A stretch of DNA of 64,000 nt from Candidatus Oxydemutator sp. (GTDB lineage: Bacteria; Pseudomonadota; Gammaproteobacteria; Poriferisulfidales; Oxydemutatoraceae): the NCBI GenBank assembly GCA_965203445.1, contig OZ241883.1, positions 1,056,001-1,120,000 on the forward strand. The letters run 5' to 3'. This document shows, piece by piece, positions 63,559 through 64,000 of this stretch. A model generated the notes under the pieces. It saw nothing but the letters and a program-made list of their open reading frames with translations. It had not been told where the DNA came from and did no database searches. The position numbers were made by a program, and so were the translations under genes. Each line of letters starts with the position of its first letter. The first letter of the stretch is position 1.

Positions 63559-64000
63559 TTATAGCGGCGACGTGCGCTCGGGCGCGGCGACGTTGTAGAA
63601 GCGGCGCGCGTTGGCCGCGGTCATCTCGCCCAAGGCCGCCGGCGTCGTGTCGCGGCGGGCCGCGATCTCGCGCGCGACGTGCGCCAGAAAGGCGGGTTCG
63701 TTGCGGCGTCCGCGCGGGCGCGGTCGCAGGTCGCGCGGCAGCAGGTACGGCGCGTCGGTCTCTATCATCAGGCGTTCGTCGGGGATGGCGGCGACGGCCT
63801 CGCGCAGCGTCCGGGCGCGGCGCTCGTCGCAGATCCAACCGGTTACGCCTATGTGCAGGTTGAGCGCCAGATAATCCGACAACGTCGCGCGGTCGCCGGT
63901 GAAGCAGTGCACGACGGCGTTGCCGACGCGCTCGCGCAACGGCGCCAGCAGCGAGACAAAATCGTCGTGCGCGTCGCGCTGGTGCATGAACAGCGGCAGC
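63559..64000 (-). CDS. tatD: TatD family DNase, 3' part (partial)
   Basis: HQRDAH, VVHCFTG, GVTGWICDERR, ETDAPYL.P, RNEP. Confidence 0.9.
   Translation of the reverse strand, partial: LPLFMHQRDAHDDFVSLLAPLRERVGNAVVHCFTGDRATLSDYLALNLHIGVTGWICDERRARTLREAVAAIPDERLMIETDAPYLLPRDLRPRPRGRRNEPAFLAHVAREIAARRDTTPAALGEMTAANARRFYNVAAPERTSPL

Overview
High-GC gammaproteobacterial chromosome segment; the Na+-NQR, a giant Calx-beta-like surface protein and an NHLP-leader peptide suggest a marine, possibly host-associated organism (inference). The first 24 kb is mostly housekeeping genes in shuffled, fragmentary operons: accC end, fis, dsbA, cytochrome c4, fimT/pilV, metWX, bioCH, plsY, tsaD, yggT, proC, dsbB, nrdAB with NrdR boxes, desA, thioredoxin and hemL. 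Small lower-GC islets are interspersed, including an orphan proteusin-type RiPP precursor (21405-21776). The nqrABCDEF-apbE-nqrM operon is split between nqrB and nqrC by a ~6.3 kb five-gene cassette: a helicase IV-like helicase with an inserted nuclease-like segment, a membrane-anchored DEDDh-BRCT exonuclease and three hypotheticals. This is a candidate defence or DNA-processing module. After an IS3/IS407-type remnant comes a 22.9 kb gene for a 7642-aa adhesin-like protein with about 54 Calx-beta-like domains, six near-identical mosaic 2.3 kb tandem units and a GlyGly-CTERM-like anchor. It is flanked by REP-like hairpins. The window ends with two sulfurtransferases, a NUDIX hydrolase, bolA and a partial tatD. 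All family calls come from motif recognition by eye; no database searches were run.
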